From: Tricharina praecox
Taxonomy: Eukaryota
DNA length: 64,000 nt
Assembly (NCBI RefSeq): GCF_024521635.1
Contig: NW_026250417.1
Span: forward strand, 310,001-374,000
Reading direction: 5' to 3'
In this document: one piece after another, positions 62,711 to 64,000 of the stretch
Position numbering within the stretch: the first letter of the stretch is position 1
How the letters are laid out: every line of letters begins with the position of its first letter
Made by a program: the position numbers and the translations under genes
The notes under the pieces: model-generated
The model's database searches: none
Seen by the model: the letters and a program-made list of their open reading frames with translations, nothing else
Told to the model about the DNA's origin: nothing

Positions 62711-64000
62711 CTGATGATAAGGATAACAGGACGTTCTTCTGCTGAGGAAAGATTCGAGGCTATAGAGCGTGCTTGGTAGTAGGGGCTCGAAAGCTGGAAT
62801 CTTCTGCACAAAAAAGCCGCCGCGTCTAGGAATAAAAGAGTTGCTGATATGAATGATAAGGATATGGACTGCCGGTAAGAGGGGATGATGGTCTCTGAGA
62901 GCGGTGTTTCTGGAGTTGTGCTCAATTACGCTAACGGCCGTCGGTGCGGCCACTCGCCCAACACGGCTCCATTGGGCAATGCACATACACCAGCGTCACC
63001 ACGGAATAAGGAGCTGCCAGGAAGGCTATTAGTGCAGAGCGGAACCTCCGAGAAATCCATAGTTATAAAGAATGGGCGGTGAATGACACTTGCGATCACT
63101 CGAACAATAGGTATGTTCAGAATGGCCCATAACTGTTCGGAATTCAAAGTCGACTATGAGCACGGCCGTGAGCTCAAGCTTTCACTCTTAAACTCTATCG
63201 ATCTCGTGGTCACCATCCTTTCTTACCCGAAATGCTTACTTTTGTGCATAGTTTCCCAATAAATCAGAAGCAAGAGCCCGGCCGCCAGCCTTCAGGTTCA
63301 TGATATTCCTGTGCATCTCCGAAATCGGCTCCCTGGCGATATGTGTTGTGTTGATCATGATCATCTGCATGCGAAGTGCGCACACCGTCACGCCCTGCAG
63401 AATGAACCCCGGTTACGTACCTGCCTCGCTTAACAACCAAGCTGGGGGAAAAGCCGCTATATATATATATGCACAATTTCTGTTCGGCATCAGGTATGTA
63501 CATATGGGAATCTTTCCTTTGCTCCCGGAACGAGCTGATGTTGGGGCCGCGGACAGAGGAATCCGAACTACTGGCGTCTTCTCCCTTCGCCACCTTAGGA
63601 TGCCTCATATACATTCCTTCCTTTTCATACCAGTACCATTCAAGGAATTCACTTCAATTTCACCACCGGTGGAATGTCAATCTACTCACAATCCTCTCAC
63701 CTTGTCGGTTCTACTAAAATCGGGCATCTCCAATCGGGCATATGGGCTCGACTGCCAGATGTGTTATCGCTCCGGAGGTAGGTTCCCGCCGTCCGGGCCC
63801 TATTTTGCTTTTGGAGCGGAAGGACGAGTCCAAACCTACGGGCAGATGCTCACGATAATCAGAAATACGACCGGGAAACATGGGCAAGGCTACACTTGCA
63901 CACCACGGCGAATCGCAGCTCGGAAATAAAGTATCCTGCCGTCACTCGTCCGAATTCCAGAGCTAAGATCCGTCGAAATTGGCCGGTACAAGAATGCACG

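Noticed and set aside
63300..63929. 209-aa ORF at the window end
   Set aside because: No recognisable motifs or coding bias; cannot be supported.

Overview
Intron-rich filamentous ascomycete DNA, probably Pezizomycetes (inferred from gene style and an embedded ITS1 fragment). From 1 to about 56 kb it is a housekeeping block: PAQR/IZH protein (5'-truncated), Sfk1/Frag1 protein, Rad60/Esc2 SUMO-like protein, Tps3/Tsl1-type trehalose synthase subunit, Eis1-like eisosome protein, proteasome beta3, SERCA Ca2+-ATPase, Tim23, CFEM-GPI protein, MFS transporter, 14-3-3, a small Ser-rich RRxS protein, Cym1 presequence protease, taxilin and a tiny GPI protein. After about 58 kb it looks accessory: a minisatellite, a secreted beta/gamma-crystallin-like cysteine protein and an atypical intronless kinase. 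Three signals are absent from the ORF track: (1) a 0.92-kb internally deleted hAT transposon; (2) an orphan ITS1-5.8S rDNA fragment; (3) candidate H/ACA-like structured RNAs inside apparent 3'-UTR introns of CYM1, separated by an AG-GT-GTATGT junction. All exon boundaries and base pairings were read by eye; no searches or folding programs were run.
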